Source: Robiginitomaculum sp. (GTDB taxonomy: Bacteria > Pseudomonadota > Alphaproteobacteria > Caulobacterales > Maricaulaceae). From it: a stretch of 59,162 nucleotides of DNA. The DNA is taken from assembly GCA_016763185.1 (NCBI GenBank), contig JAESUG010000047.1:1-59162 (forward strand). The letters are read 5' to 3'. The position numbers were made by a program, and so were the translations under genes. Shown piece by piece: positions 1-9,973 of this stretch (within the stretch, counting starts at the first letter, position 1; each line of letters begins with the position of its first letter). The notes beneath the pieces are model-generated. The model had not been told where the DNA came from. It searched no databases and worked only from the letters and a program-made list of their open reading frames with translations.

Positions 1-78
1 TTGGAAGTCGTTATGGGCAAAGCCATTGCAGAGCGCCTGAATGATATTTCAAACGGATCTGCATACGGTCAAAACTAA
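1..78 (+). CDS. 3' end of an unidentified CDS cut by the window edge
   Basis: Frame 1 is open from nt 1 to TAA at 76-78 (LEVVMGKAIAERLNDISNGSAYGQN*). Too short to assign. Confidence 0.25.
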   Translation: MEVVMGKAIAERLNDISNGSAYGQN

Positions 79-147
79 CATTCGCTGAGAAAGCTAGTTA
101 TTGGGTTTTTCGCAATCAACTCATCTAGACAATAAAAGGTATTTCAA

Positions 148-435
148 ATGCAAAACAACCAAAATATATCAAAGGCTTTATTTGGCATCGGCACGGTACT
201 TTGTGTAGCGGCATTTATATGGTGGGCTAGATTTTACCGTGAAATAGAAGGGGATGGCAATTTAGACCCGTATGTTCCTTGCCTCATCAATCCGGGGGGT
301 GAATGTGGACAAGTTTCTGGCTTTGTTCAAATGCTCGGCGGCCCCACGCCTTATTCCCCATACCTTCTTTGGGCGGGAATATTACTTCTGGTAATTGGAT
401 TTGTGATCACACAGTTGCCGAAACCACCCGAGTAA
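148..435 (+). CDS. small hypothetical membrane protein (two hydrophobic segments)
   Basis: 95-aa ORF with an ATG start. Hydrophobic stretches ALFGIGTVLCVAAFIWW and LLWAGILLLVIGFVI. No family recognised. Confidence 0.4.
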   Translation: MQNNQNISKALFGIGTVLCVAAFIWWARFYREIEGDGNLDPYVPCLINPGGECGQVSGFVQMLGGPTPYSPYLLWAGILLLVIGFVITQLPKPPE

Positions 436-763
436 GAGATTTCCAATCTATGGCTCATGCCCCCCGCTATCGGCCATATATTTTGGAATAACGTGAAATA
501 TCCACCAATAAAAGCCAAATCATTGGGGCGAATAGATCAACGCAAACGACAATAACCTGACAATAGCCAATGGAGTACACAATGCGCAAACTCATAACTT
601 TAATCTCTGGCACCGCTTCTGGTACTTACCGTTATAACAGCCATCAGGAAAACTATTATAGCCAAAAACATATAAAGGAATTTCAATAAGAAGCCGTAGC
701 TTAATATCAATCAACAATAGATGAGCAAACTCTCTCTTAGTGCAGGCCTAAATCTGTGCCACT

Positions 764-1288
764 TTATATGAAGACGGACAGATACTGCTCATCGATCCTG
801 GCAATCATCTCTTGCTGACGCTTCAAGGATTTCTTGGCATCTGGTCCAGATCCAAACTGACTATCCCCGATAATTTCGAAAACAGCAAAGCTCTCTCCGG
901 TCAATACGACCCCCTCAGAGCGATATTGAAATTGCGCGATTGTTGTATCTTGCGCTAGCTGTATGAGCCCCAACAATGCGCAAATGCCGGTAACGAGCCA
1001 CGCCCTGATCAACTTCTTTTTGTCCTGTTCTTCACGAAGTATGACTGCGCGGACCTCACCAATCTCTCTTAGTTTATCAAACTCACCTGGAAATAGCTTG
1101 GCGTTCATGTCTGAAAGATCGATTGTGTAGGCTGATATAAGGCCAGAAAAAACATCTTCAGAAGGATATGATTTACCTGATTCAAGTTTTGATAGGTAAG
1201 ATTGCTCAATCCCAACCTGATTCGCGGCTTCTGGCTATGTCCAACGAAGCGCTTATCTCAAATCACGTATATAGTCACCAAACTTCAT
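764..1288 (-). pseudogene. XRE-family HTH regulator with C-terminal membrane segment, disrupted by two in-frame stop codons
   Basis: The minus-strand frame from ATG (1286-1288) reads MKFGDYIRDLR*ALRWT*PEAANQVGIEQSYLSKLESGKSYPSEDVF. It then runs in the same frame into the 764-1108 ORF. TAA lies at 1253-1255 and TAG at 1235-1237. The QSYLSKLESG helix-turn-helix signature is typical of XRE/Cro-like regulators. Confidence 0.6.
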
Positions 1289-1603
1289 TTCAGTTATTTC
1301 ACCTCTTCATTCATATGTATGTGTAAGGCATCTAAGGATATGATTAGCTAGGAATACCAAGAATGCGAGATGAATATTCAAGAATGTCGAGTAATTTTCT
1401 CAATCGGAGTGCTGTCGTTGTGACATAGCAAGAAAACGTCTGATTTGGCGCCGGGAACAGCCCAAAACACCTTTATGATCTTTTCGCCGATGAAAACACA
1501 GAGTGAATACTCATGCCAACCCGTCTTTGTTGGTTGATCGCGGATTTGTGATTGGTGGTTGAAGGTGAATTTGTCTATGACCTTAAAGTCTCATTTGGGC
1601 AGG

Positions 1604-2116
1604 ATGCATATGTTTCGAAATTTCGTCAAAGTTTGGATTGTAATCGCAAGCTTAGGCTTTGCTGGAGCGCTATTGTCTAGCAAGGCTTTATTGGCACAAT
1701 CGATCAATAACCCCGCGATCAAGGCCGTGTATTTTCATGCGGATTGGTGTTCGAATTGCCGGATATTGCAGCCGCGCTTGGCCGAAGCCAAAACCAGCAG
1801 CGCGGGGCTATCGGTGCAGCATGTAACCTTGGATTTTACCAATTCACAAACTTGGGATAGCGCGATTGAGTTGGCGTTGGAGCATGATATTGTCTCAACT
1901 TATAACGCCTATGCCGGAACTACCGGGTTGGTGGTGTTGGTCGCAAGTGACACTGGAGAACGGATTGATTGCGTCAATCGGTTATATACGCCGGATGCAA
2001 TGGTACAGGCATTTTCGCGGGCTATTGAGCGAACGCAAACTACGAAACCTGGGGCGCGGGATAGCAACTCGGTTGTTTGTCCGCCAAGTCGTATGCGCCC
2101 GCCCACAATACAATGA
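1604..2116 (+). CDS. secreted thioredoxin-like (TlpA/DsbE-like fold) protein, CxxC motif WCSNC
   Basis: N-terminal signal-like segment VWIVIASLGFAGALLSSKALLAQS followed by FHADWCSNCRIL. The start is uncertain: the ORF opens at 1559, with Met candidates at 1604 and 1610. Confidence 0.55.
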   Translation: MHMFRNFVKVWIVIASLGFAGALLSSKALLAQSINNPAIKAVYFHADWCSNCRILQPRLAEAKTSSAGLSVQHVTLDFTNSQTWDSAIELALEHDIVSTYNAYAGTTGLVVLVASDTGERIDCVNRLYTPDAMVQAFSRAIERTQTTKPGARDSNSVVCPPSRMRPPTIQ

Positions 2117-2595
2117 AACAAAGGAATTTGAATATGCGAAACTTTTTTGGACTTTTACTTATTAGCGTTGCCAGCTTTGGATTGTTGCTGTCAGGCGTAT
2201 TTTCGCCCGCGACTAGCCAAACTGGAAACACACAACCCGCACCCGCAACTATTCCAGTGACGGACCAACCGGTAACTGCCGTGATGTTTTACTCCAATTG
2301 GTGTGGCGCTTGCCAGATTTTAGACCCAAAGATTGAGGCGGTAAAATTGGGGTTTACCGAGCGCCCGATTGAGTTTGTCAAATTTGATTTTTCTTTTGCT
2401 TTGGTTCGTGGCGGCGCGTTGCAGGCTTTGGCCGAGGAAAAGGGTTTGGCCAATATTTATGCGAAAAACAAAGGTAAAACCGGATTTATGTTGTTGATTG
2501 ATCCGGCAACAGAACAGGTGATTGATATCATCACCATGCGCGATAGCACCGAAACCATCGCTGTTAAGCTGAACAATAGCCTACAGCGCATCTAA
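2113..2595 (+). CDS. secreted thioredoxin-like protein, paralogue of the upstream gene, CxxC motif WCGAC
   Basis: ATGA start/stop overlap with the upstream gene at 2113-2116. Signal-like FFGLLLISVASFGLLLSGVFS, then FYSNWCGACQIL. An alternative start lies at 2134. Confidence 0.55.
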   Translation: MKQRNLNMRNFFGLLLISVASFGLLLSGVFSPATSQTGNTQPAPATIPVTDQPVTAVMFYSNWCGACQILDPKIEAVKLGFTERPIEFVKFDFSFALVRGGALQALAEEKGLANIYAKNKGKTGFMLLIDPATEQVIDIITMRDSTETIAVKLNNSLQRI

Positions 2596-2604
2596 TCAAA
2601 TAGC

Positions 2605-2928
2605 TTAACTTTCGTTGCGGATTTGCTCGCGAGCTAATTCCAGCAATTCGTCCATATGTCGGCGGATTTGGTGGTCTGACTGTTCGACTTCAGCCGTATC
2701 AAGATCAGCGCGAATCTTACGAAATACATCGTCGTCACCGGCTTCTTCAAAATCGGCTATGATGACGTCTTTGGCATATTCTTGGGCTTCGGCCTCTGAT
2801 TTGCCCATCAGTTCTGCTGCCCATAGGCCAAGCAGCTTGTTGCGCCGTGCCGCCGCCTTAAATTCAAGGTTTTGATCTACGGCAAATTTTGATTCGTGGG
2901 CAGATTTGCGCTCATCAAAAGTGGTCAT
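2605..2928 (-). CDS. DUF1476 protein, zeta-subunit-type inhibitor of alphaproteobacterial F1Fo-ATPase
   Basis: MTTFDERKSAHESKFAVDQNLEFKAAARRNKLLGLWAAELMGK closely matches my recollection of the Paracoccus denitrificans zeta subunit N-terminus (MTTFDDRERAHEAKFAHD...FKA.ARRN.LLG.WAA). Confidence 0.8.
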   Translation of the reverse strand: MTTFDERKSAHESKFAVDQNLEFKAAARRNKLLGLWAAELMGKSEAEAQEYAKDVIIADFEEAGDDDVFRKIRADLDTAEVEQSDHQIRRHMDELLELAREQIRNES

Positions 2929-3148
2929 ATGGATTATTCCTTAGCTATAGTACGATGGATTGAGCTTCTGGTACCCCGAAGATCAACCAGAATCAATCAC
3001 TATGATTGGATTGTGAAGGTGGATAGCTTCCGTTACATTGAGAAAGTGGACGGCGCGGTGATTCTAAGTCGCGTCATTTTTGGTTTTGGGTAAATGGTTG
3101 CGGATACTTAAATTTCAGCCTTCCATATAAAAACGAAAGAATTTTGGT

Positions 3149-3913
3149 TTGGTAAAGCGAAAAAAAATTTACGAAGGCAAGGCAAAAATCCTCTATGAAG
3201 GGCCAGAACCTGGGACTTTGATCGCCCATTTTAAGGACGATGCCACTGCGTTTAATAATCAAAAACATGGCCAGATCGAAGGCAAAGGCGCGCTGAACAA
3301 TCGTATCAGTGAGTATCTGATGACCCGGTTGGATGGCATTGGTATTCCCAATCACTTCATTCGGCGCTTGAATATGCGCGAGCAATTGGTGCATCAGGTC
3401 GAAATTATTCCACTTGAAATGGTGTGTCGTAATGTGGCTGCGGGTACAATTTGCAAACGCTTTGGTATTAAGGAAGGCGAAAAACTACCGCGCCCGATTA
3501 TTGAGTATTATTTAAAAGACGATGCGTTGGGTGATCCGCTGGTTTCCGAAGATCATGTTTCGGCATTTGGGTGGGCGAGCTCGCAAGAAATGGACGATAT
3601 GGTGGCGATGACATTTCGTGTGAATGATTTTTTATCTGGTTTGTTTTACGCCATCGGAATTCAACTTATTGATTTTAAGCTAGAATTTGGTCGTCAGTAT
3701 GAAGACGATATGGTTCGAGTTATTCTGGCGGACGAGGTCAGTCCAGATTGTTGTAGGCTGTGGGACATCAAGACCAACCGCAAGCTGGATAAAGACCGGT
3801 TTCGTGAAGACCTGGGCGAGGTGCCAGAAGCGTATGCGGAGGTTGCACGCCGCCTTGGGGTATTAAAAGACGAACCCAAGCTCAAACTGGTGGACAGGGA
3901 AACTACCGAATGA
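3149..3913 (+). CDS. purC: phosphoribosylaminoimidazole-succinocarboxamide (SAICAR) synthase
   Basis: 254 aa with a TTG start. [13 protein letters not shown]...[13 protein letters not shown]...[14 protein letters not shown] are typical PurC blocks. Followed by purS/purQ/purL. Confidence 0.93.
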   Translation: MVKRKKIYEGKAKILYEGPEPGTLIAHFKDDATAFNNQKHGQIEGKGALNNRISEYLMTRLDGIGIPNHFIRRLNMREQLVHQVEIIPLEMVCRNVAAGTICKRFGIKEGEKLPRPIIEYYLKDDALGDPLVSEDHVSAFGWASSQEMDDMVAMTFRVNDFLSGLFYAIGIQLIDFKLEFGRQYEDDMVRVILADEVSPDCCRLWDIKTNRKLDKDRFREDLGEVPEAYAEVARRLGVLKDEPKLKLVDRETTE

Positions 3914-4152
3914 AAGCAATTGTCCATGTGCGATTAAAGCCGGATGTGTTGGACCCGCAAGGCCAAGCGATTACCGGTGCGTTGCACGCCCTTGGCTTCA
4001 CCGAAGTTATTGGTGCCAGGCAAGGCAAGATCATTGAACTGGATTTGGATGGTACCGACCACAATCTTGCCAAAGAGCGAGTTGAAACGATGTGCGGACA
4101 ATTATTGGCCAACACGGTCATTGAACAATTTACCGTAACCATCGAGGATTAG
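3910..4152 (+). CDS. purS: FGAM synthase subunit PurS
   Basis: 80 aa. ATGA overlap with pur[22 protein letters not shown] is the PurS signature. Located between purC and purQ. Confidence 0.9.
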   Translation: MKAIVHVRLKPDVLDPQGQAITGALHALGFTEVIGARQGKIIELDLDGTDHNLAKERVETMCGQLLANTVIEQFTVTIED

Positions 4153-4191
4153 GATCACAAGGCTAGGTGATCGAGGCGAAGGAGGTTTGCA

Positions 4192-4854
4192 TTGCGCGCT
4201 GCTGTTATCGTGTTTCCCGGTTCAAATTGCGACCGTGATGCCGCGTCTGCTCTTGCCCAAGTAACGGGGCAAGCGCCATTGATGGTCTGGCACCAGAGCA
4301 ATGAGTTGCCGGCGGTGGACCTTGTGGTCCTGCCCGGCGGATTTGCCTATGGCGATTATTTGCGTCCGGGCGCAATGGCGGCGCGTTCAGTTATTATGCG
4401 CGAAGTTTGCAAACACGCCGAGGCTGGTGGACTGGTGGCTGGAATTTGCAACGGGTTTCAGGTGTTAAGCGAGGTCGGTTTATTGCCCGGTGTATTGATG
4501 CGAAATGCTGGTTTGAAATTTGTTTGTAAGCCCGTGGCGCTGCAGGTGGAGCGCATTGATACGCCATTTACCAGCCAATACTCGCAAAAGTCACCGATTA
4601 CGATACCGGTGGCTCATCATGATGGAAACTTTTATGCCAGCCAAGACGAATTAACGCGGCTTGAGGATCAAGGACAGGTGGTGTTTCGGTATGTAGACAA
4701 CCCCAATGGTTCGGCCAATAATATTGCCGGAATTGTCAACCAAGCCAACAATGTATTGGGGATGATGCCGCATCCGGAACGGGCCATGGGCACCACCGGT
4801 GATGGTGGTGATGGTGTGCTTTTTTTCAAAAGCCTGTTGGGTGGTTTTCGATGA
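4192..4854 (+). CDS. purQ: FGAM synthase glutaminase subunit PurQ
   Basis: TTG start preceded by [24 protein letters not shown] (catalytic Cys) and MMPHPER (His) are class I glutamine amidotransferase motifs. Confidence 0.93.
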   Translation: MRAAVIVFPGSNCDRDAASALAQVTGQAPLMVWHQSNELPAVDLVVLPGGFAYGDYLRPGAMAARSVIMREVCKHAEAGGLVAGICNGFQVLSEVGLLPGVLMRNAGLKFVCKPVALQVERIDTPFTSQYSQKSPITIPVAHHDGNFYASQDELTRLEDQGQVVFRYVDNPNGSANNIAGIVNQANNVLGMMPHPERAMGTTGDGGDGVLFFKSLLGGFR

Positions 4855-7049
4855 GCAATCCCCCCAAAATCAGCAGACAAATGGTTGCGGATCACGGTCT
4901 AAGTCCAGCGGAATATGCAAAGCTTTGCGAGCAATTAGGCCGTGAGCCAAACCTAAACGAATTGGGTATTTGTTCGGTGATGTGGTCGGAGCATTGTTCC
5001 TATAAATCTTCACGCATTCATTTGTCAAAATTTCCGACAACTGGCCCGCGGGTGATCTGTGGTCCGGGCGAAAATGCGGGTGTGATTGATATTGATGATG
5101 GCGATGCCGCAATTTTTAAGATGGAAAGCCATAACCATCCGTCCTTTATTGAACCCTATCAAGGTGCCGCCACCGGTGTTGGCGGTATTATGCGCGACGT
5201 GTTCACCATGGGGGCCAGGCCGGTTGCGCTGTTAAACGCCTTGCGTTTCGGCGCGCCAGAACACGAAAAAACCCGTTCCTTGGTTTCCGGTGTGGTTGCC
5301 GGCATTGGCGGCTATGGCAATTGCGTTGGGGTGCCAACTGTCGGCGGTGAAATGAATTTCGACCCCGGCTATAACGGCAATATTTTAGTCAATGCCATGT
5401 GCGTTGGCATCGCCAAAGCTGATCAAATTTTCTATTCCGCAGCCAAAGGGGTTGGTAATTCGATTTTATATGTTGGAGCCCGTACTGGGCGAGATGGAAT
5501 TCATGGTGCAACCATGGCCTCGGCGGAATTTTCCGATGATCAAGAAGCCAAGCGCCCAACGGTCCAAGTCGGTGATCCGTTCACCGAGAAACGATTGATC
5601 GAGGCTTGTTTGGAGTTGATGGCGACCGGCAATATCATCGCCATTCAAGACATGGGTGCGGCGGGGCTTACGTCGTCCTCGATCGAAATGGCTGACAAAG
5701 GCGGCGTTGGCATTGAGATTGATCTGGACAAAGTTCCCTTACGCGAAGCCAATATGACCCCATATGAGATGATGCTATCCGAAAGCCAAGAACGGATGCT
5801 CATCGTCCTAAAACCCGGTACCGAGACCAGTTCCCGACAGATTTTCACCAAATGGGAATTGGACGTGGCGGTCATTGGCCAGACCACTGACACGGGCCGT
5901 TTGGTCCTGTCGCACAAAGACGAAGTGGTTTGCGACCTGCCGATAGCGCCGCTTAGCGATCTGGCCCCCCAATACGATCGCCCGTGGCGCGAAACCGAAC
6001 CGGCGCCGGTGCTAGATATGAGCACATTACCATTACGCGATCCCATAGATGCACTGGCGCGCTTGATGTGTGCGCCTGACATGGCTTCAAAGCGCTGGGT
6101 GTGGGAGCAATACGATCGTCATGTGATGGGCGATACGTTGGCGGCCTCGGCCAGTGGCTCTGATGCTGCGATTGTCCGAATTCATGGTAGCAATAAGGCG
6201 TTGGCCATGACCTCGGATTGCACGCCGCGATATGTGAAGGCCAACCCCTATGTCGGTGGTAAACAAGCAGTGGCTGAAAGCTGGCGTAACTTAATCGCGT
6301 CCGGGGCTGAACCGATTGCCATCACCAATTGTCTGAATTTTGGCAATCCAGAGCGACCAGAGATTATGGGCCAGTTTGTTCGCGCCGTGGAGGGCATGGC
6401 CGAAGCCTGTACCGCGTTGGACTATCCGGTGGTGTCGGGCAATGTGTCATTATACAATGAAACCAATGGTGCAGCGATCCCGCCAACCCCTACGGTGGGC
6501 GGGGTCGGGTTAATTCGCGATCTGTCGCTGCCGACCGGTTTTGGCACGGCGGTTGAGGGTGACTTGCTGTATTTGGTTGGCCATACGTCCGGTTGGTTGG
6601 GTTCGTCGCTGTATGCGCGCGAGATTGAGGGGATTACCGGCCATGAGCCGCCACCGGTAGATCTGGAATTGGAGCACAATAACGGAAAGTTTGTCCAATC
6701 CGCGATTGGCGCATCCTTAGTACGAGCCGTGCATGATGTATCCGATGGTGGTTTGGCCGCTGCTGCTGCTGATATGGCGATGGCCAGTGGTAAGGGTATG
6801 GCTCTAGAAGGAAGCGACATTCTGCCAGCTCATGCTTGGTATTTTGGCGAAGATCAAGGCCGGTATTTGCTGATGGTCTCTGCCAATAACCTAACCCGTT
6901 TACAGGATATGGCCCGCAATGACGACATTAGCCTGTCTTATGTTGGTGAGGTGATCGGTGATGATATTGCGCTGGGCTCTTCGCGGATGAAATTAAGTGA
7001 GTTACGCAAACAATGGGAGCAATGGCTTCCCGCATTGATGGAGAATTAA
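4851..7049 (+). CDS. purL: FGAM synthase subunit PurL
   Basis: 732 aa. ATGA overlap with pur[19 protein letters not shown] and GGIMRD motifs. Confidence 0.95.
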   Translation: MSNPPKISRQMVADHGLSPAEYAKLCEQLGREPNLNELGICSVMWSEHCSYKSSRIHLSKFPTTGPRVICGPGENAGVIDIDDGDAAIFKMESHNHPSFIEPYQGAATGVGGIMRDVFTMGARPVALLNALRFGAPEHEKTRSLVSGVVAGIGGYGNCVGVPTVGGEMNFDPGYNGNILVNAMCVGIAKADQIFYSAAKGVGNSILYVGARTGRDGIHGATMASAEFSDDQEAKRPTVQVGDPFTEKRLIEACLELMATGNIIAIQDMGAAGLTSSSIEMADKGGVGIEIDLDKVPLREANMTPYEMMLSESQERMLIVLKPGTETSSRQIFTKWELDVAVIGQTTDTGRLVLSHKDEVVCDLPIAPLSDLAPQYDRPWRETEPAPVLDMSTLPLRDPIDALARLMCAPDMASKRWVWEQYDRHVMGDTLAASASGSDAAIVRIHGSNKALAMTSDCTPRYVKANPYVGGKQAVAESWRNLIASGAEPIAITNCLNFGNPERPEIMGQFVRAVEGMAEACTALDYPVVSGNVSLYNETNGAAIPPTPTVGGVGLIRDLSLPTGFGTAVEGDLLYLVGHTSGWLGSSLYAREIEGITGHEPPPVDLELEHNNGKFVQSAIGASLVRAVHDVSDGGLAAAAADMAMASGKGMALEGSDILPAHAWYFGEDQGRYLLMVSANNLTRLQDMARNDDISLSYVGEVIGDDIALGSSRMKLSELRKQWEQWLPALMEN

Positions 7050-7050
7050 G

Positions 7051-7281
7051 ATGCCCATGCCTGCCAGTGAAATTATCAACATGATCCAAGCTGCATTGCC
7101 CGATGCCGTTATTGAGCTTACCGATCTGGCCGGAGACGGTGATCATTACAAAGCAAAAATTGTCTCCGCCAGCTTTGCTGGATTGTCGCGAATACGCCAA
7201 CACCAACTGGTTTATGCCGCATTGCAAGGAAAAATGGGCGGTGAGTTACACGCTTTGGCCTTGGAAACAGCAGAGAAGTAA
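7051..7281 (+). CDS. BolA-family protein
   Basis: 76 aa. FAGLSRIRQHQLVYAAL...ELHALALET matches the BolA F.G....RH..V..AL...IHAL pattern. Same strand as the monothiol glutaredoxin downstream. Confidence 0.8.
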   Translation: MPMPASEIINMIQAALPDAVIELTDLAGDGDHYKAKIVSASFAGLSRIRQHQLVYAALQGKMGGELHALALETAEK

Positions 7282-7289
7282 GCCCGTTC

Positions 7290-8078
7290 ATGCACCAGAA
7301 ACCCTTAGGTAAAGTTGGATTTGGGGTTGCCGGCCCCCATAGCGCCCGGTTGTTTCCGGCGGCAACAACTTGTGCGTTGATTGAACAAGCAATTATCGGT
7401 GGGATCCGTTTTTTTGATACGGGACCGTCCTATGGTGGTGGCGAGGCTGAACGACGATTGGGCCATGCGATCTTGGGCCATGATCGCCAAAACTTGGTTT
7501 TGTCGACCAAAGCTGGCGTAAATGAACAAGGGCAACGTGATTTTTCACCTTCCAGCATCCGGCAAAGTCTTGAACGATCCTTGGAGCGGTTAGGCGTGGG
7601 TTCGGTTGACGTGTTATTTTTGCATGGTCCGGCAGCAACGGAGTTAACGGACGAATTGCTCGATACATTACAAGACATGCAAAAACAAAACATGTTTCAA
7701 AATTTAGGGCTAGCAGGGCGTGGATCAGAGTTAACAGCTTGTTTGACCCGCAAGGATTTTAATTTTTTGATGTTGCCAATGGGGCCCGAAACAATTGCCG
7801 TTCATCAGCCCATTGCACGTCAAGCCCAAGACAAAGGCACAAAGGTGATTGGCATTGAAATGTTGATGCACACCCGCAATCCTTGGCGAATGTCATTGTG
7901 GCCGGGCGATGTTTGGCATTTAGTGCGGCGCTTGGTGCGTGGCGGCGGGGAGATTACGAAGGTAAAAACAGCTATTGCGCTAGAACAAGCTTTGGGTGTT
8001 TTGGAGGTGGATACAGTATTATCATCGACCACACGTCATAAACATATGAAAGAATGGCTAGCTTGTCTTGACGAATGA
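7290..8078 (+). CDS. aldo/keto reductase family oxidoreductase
   Basis: 262 aa. FFDTGPSYGGGEAERRLG and VDVLFLHGP are AKR-type blocks. Confidence 0.65.
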   Translation: MHQKPLGKVGFGVAGPHSARLFPAATTCALIEQAIIGGIRFFDTGPSYGGGEAERRLGHAILGHDRQNLVLSTKAGVNEQGQRDFSPSSIRQSLERSLERLGVGSVDVLFLHGPAATELTDELLDTLQDMQKQNMFQNLGLAGRGSELTACLTRKDFNFLMLPMGPETIAVHQPIARQAQDKGTKVIGIEMLMHTRNPWRMSLWPGDVWHLVRRLVRGGGEITKVKTAIALEQALGVLEVDTVLSSTTRHKHMKEWLACLDE

Positions 8079-8129
8079 GGTAAGGCTCCTTAGCTGAAGA
8101 TCACGTGTTTCTCATGAAAGGTGTCAGCG

Positions 8130-8459
8130 ATGACCGATCAAGCCATATTGGATCATATTAAAACCACGGTTGAAGGCGATGATATCGTCTTGTTCATGAA
8201 GGGAACGCCCGTTTTTCCGCAATGTGGGTTTTCTTCGTTGGCAACTAAAATTTTGGACGTGATCGGCGTAGATTTCGCCTCGGTGAACGTCCTAGAGGAC
8301 ATGGCCGTTCGTGAAGGTATTAAAGAATATTCACAGTGGCCAACAGTGCCCCAGCTTTACGTCAAAGGTGAATTTGTTGGTGGCAGCGACATCATGCGTG
8401 AAATGTATGAAAGTGGCGAGCTAAAAACCCTGCTGCATGATAAAGGCGTTTTAGTCTAA
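8130..8459 (+). CDS. grxD: monothiol (Grx4-type) glutaredoxin
   Basis: CGFS active site (PQCGFS), WPTVPQLYVKGEFVGGSDI. The ORF opens at GTG 8121. ATG 8130 has better spacing to GAAAGG. Confidence 0.9.
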   Translation: MTDQAILDHIKTTVEGDDIVLFMKGTPVFPQCGFSSLATKILDVIGVDFASVNVLEDMAVREGIKEYSQWPTVPQLYVKGEFVGGSDIMREMYESGELKTLLHDKGVLV

Positions 8460-8538
8460 GTTCGTTCTTGGGCGAAATATATGCTTGTATATTACGTTTT
8501 CGCGCATACTTTAATTATTGACACCCATGCAAAAAAAA

Positions 8539-8559
8539 GGCTGCGAAAGCAGCCTTTTT
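8539..8559. terminator. bidirectional intrinsic terminator between convergent grxD and rpsD
   Basis: Stem GGCTGC (8539-8544), loop GAAA, stem GCAGCC (8549-8554). An A-run lies upstream and a T-run at 8555-8559. Confidence 0.6.
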
Positions 8560-8568
8560 GTCGTTGTT

Positions 8569-8604
8569 GTGATTGGGGTTGTAATTGGGGTCGTAATTGG
8601 GATT
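8569..8604. repeat. 3 x 12-bp imperfect tandem repeat (GTGATTGGGGTT / GTAATTGGGGTC / GTAATTGGGATT)
   Basis: Read directly. It abuts the rpsD stop codon (8605-8607). Confidence 0.8.
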
Positions 8605-9219
8605 TTATGAATAAAATTCGATAACCAAATTGGGTTCCATCACAACCGGATACGGGACATCGGCAAATGCGGGAACGCGTAAATAGGTGGCGCTCATGGC
8701 TTTTCCGCTAACTTCGACATAATCCGGAAAATCCCGTTCAGGGCTTTCCAAGGCTTCGAGGACCAAGGCCATCGAGCGGGATTTTTCGCGAACTTGCACC
8801 ACATCACCAACTTTACAACGATAGCTAGGGATATTGACTTTGCGGCCATTAACCGTGACATGACCGTGGTTGACAAATTGGCGGGCAGCAAAAACAGTAG
8901 GTACGAATTTGGCACGATAGACCATGGTATCTAGTCTTGATTCGAGAAAACCAATTAAATTTTCAGCCGTATTACCACGACGGCGCTCTGCATCGGAGTA
9001 AATCCGGCGGAACTGCTTTTCGGTAATATTGCCATAATAGCCTTTTAATTTTTGCTTGGCGCGGAGCTGCAAACCAAAGTCAGAGGTCTTACCTTTGCGG
9101 CGTTGACCGTGTTCACCGGGGCCATAAGAGCGTTTATTAACTGGACTTTTTGGACGACCCCAGATGTTTTCACCCATGCGGCGGTCGATTTTGTACTTTT
9201 GAGTATGACGTTTTGTCAT
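8605..9219 (-). CDS. rpsD: 30S ribosomal protein S4
   Basis: [41 protein letters not shown] is the canonical S4 N-terminus. An S4 RNA-binding domain follows ([14 protein letters not shown]). The ORF extends to 9246, but the Met at 9219 matches homologue N-termini. Confidence 0.95.
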   Translation of the reverse strand: MTKRHTQKYKIDRRMGENIWGRPKSPVNKRSYGPGEHGQRRKGKTSDFGLQLRAKQKLKGYYGNITEKQFRRIYSDAERRRGNTAENLIGFLESRLDTMVYRAKFVPTVFAARQFVNHGHVTVNGRKVNIPSYRCKVGDVVQVREKSRSMALVLEALESPERDFPDYVEVSGKAMSATYLRVPAFADVPYPVVMEPNLVIEFYS

Positions 9220-9401
9220 AGTTGTTGCTTCTTTATTTTGACACAAACCGGCAAGTCAAATAACAAGACTTGCGATTACAACGGCGGTTTCGTGACAACC
9301 CGTAAATAACTCTTCAAGCAAACTTTGCTGAACAGAGGCGGGAATTTACCCGTGAAGCTCCAAAAGTCAAGCGCGCATACCAACCTAGCTAGACGATATA
9401 C

Positions 9402-9959
9402 TTACCAAGTTTGAATGATGATTTGTTCAGTGGTTTTGATCTGAGCAAATTCACCATGTAAGCTTGCCAAATGGACATCATGGATGGTTTGGGCATCGAG
9501 CTGACGGCCTAAGGCATCAGTGCGATCAAAAGTATAGCAAGCATCAGCGGCAACACGAACTTCAAAGCCAAGATTGGCCGCCATCCGCACGCTGGTATTG
9601 ACGCAATGGTCGGTAGAGATACCGCAAAAAACTAGTTTGGAAATATTCTGCGCTCGGAGGTCTGTTTCCAAATCAGTACCGATAAAGGCTGAGTTGACAT
9701 TTTTTGCATAAAGCGGCTCGCCCGCAAGCGGGTTGGCAAAGGCTTCCAGCGCATTACCAGGCTGGTTCGGGTGTAGCTTTGAGTTGGGATCGGTAGAATC
9801 ATGACGAATGTGAACAACCGGCCATTGCTGATGTCGCCAATGGCGTAAAAGTTGTACAGCATTTTGTTCGGCCAAGGGGTTGTTGCGCCCACCACCCCAA
9901 TACTCCAGATCAGCAAAACCTTGTTGCCAGTCAACAAAAACGAGACATGGGTTTTTCAT
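9402..9959 (-). CDS. isochorismatase-family cysteine hydrolase
   Basis: 185 aa. LVFVDWQ, VFCGISTDHCVNTSVR (catalytic Cys block). Confidence 0.75.
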   Translation of the reverse strand: MKNPCLVFVDWQQGFADLEYWGGGRNNPLAEQNAVQLLRHWRHQQWPVVHIRHDSTDPNSKLHPNQPGNALEAFANPLAGEPLYAKNVNSAFIGTDLETDLRAQNISKLVFCGISTDHCVNTSVRMAANLGFEVRVAADACYTFDRTDALGRQLDAQTIHDVHLASLHGEFAQIKTTEQIIIQTW

Positions 9960-9973
9960 AACTTCCTCTGATT

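Noticed and set aside
1866-2231. ORFs 1866-2165 (+), 1909-2121 (-) and 2040-2231 (-) overlapping the thioredoxin-like genes
   Set aside because: These are alternative-frame or antisense ORFs with no signal or domain features. The CxxC-containing frames account for the coding potential.
2929-3148. Purine or ZTP riboswitch upstream of purC
   Set aside because: I could not find the conserved purine-riboswitch junction or the ZTP (pfl) consensus blocks in either orientation. The region is AT-rich with no convincing stems.
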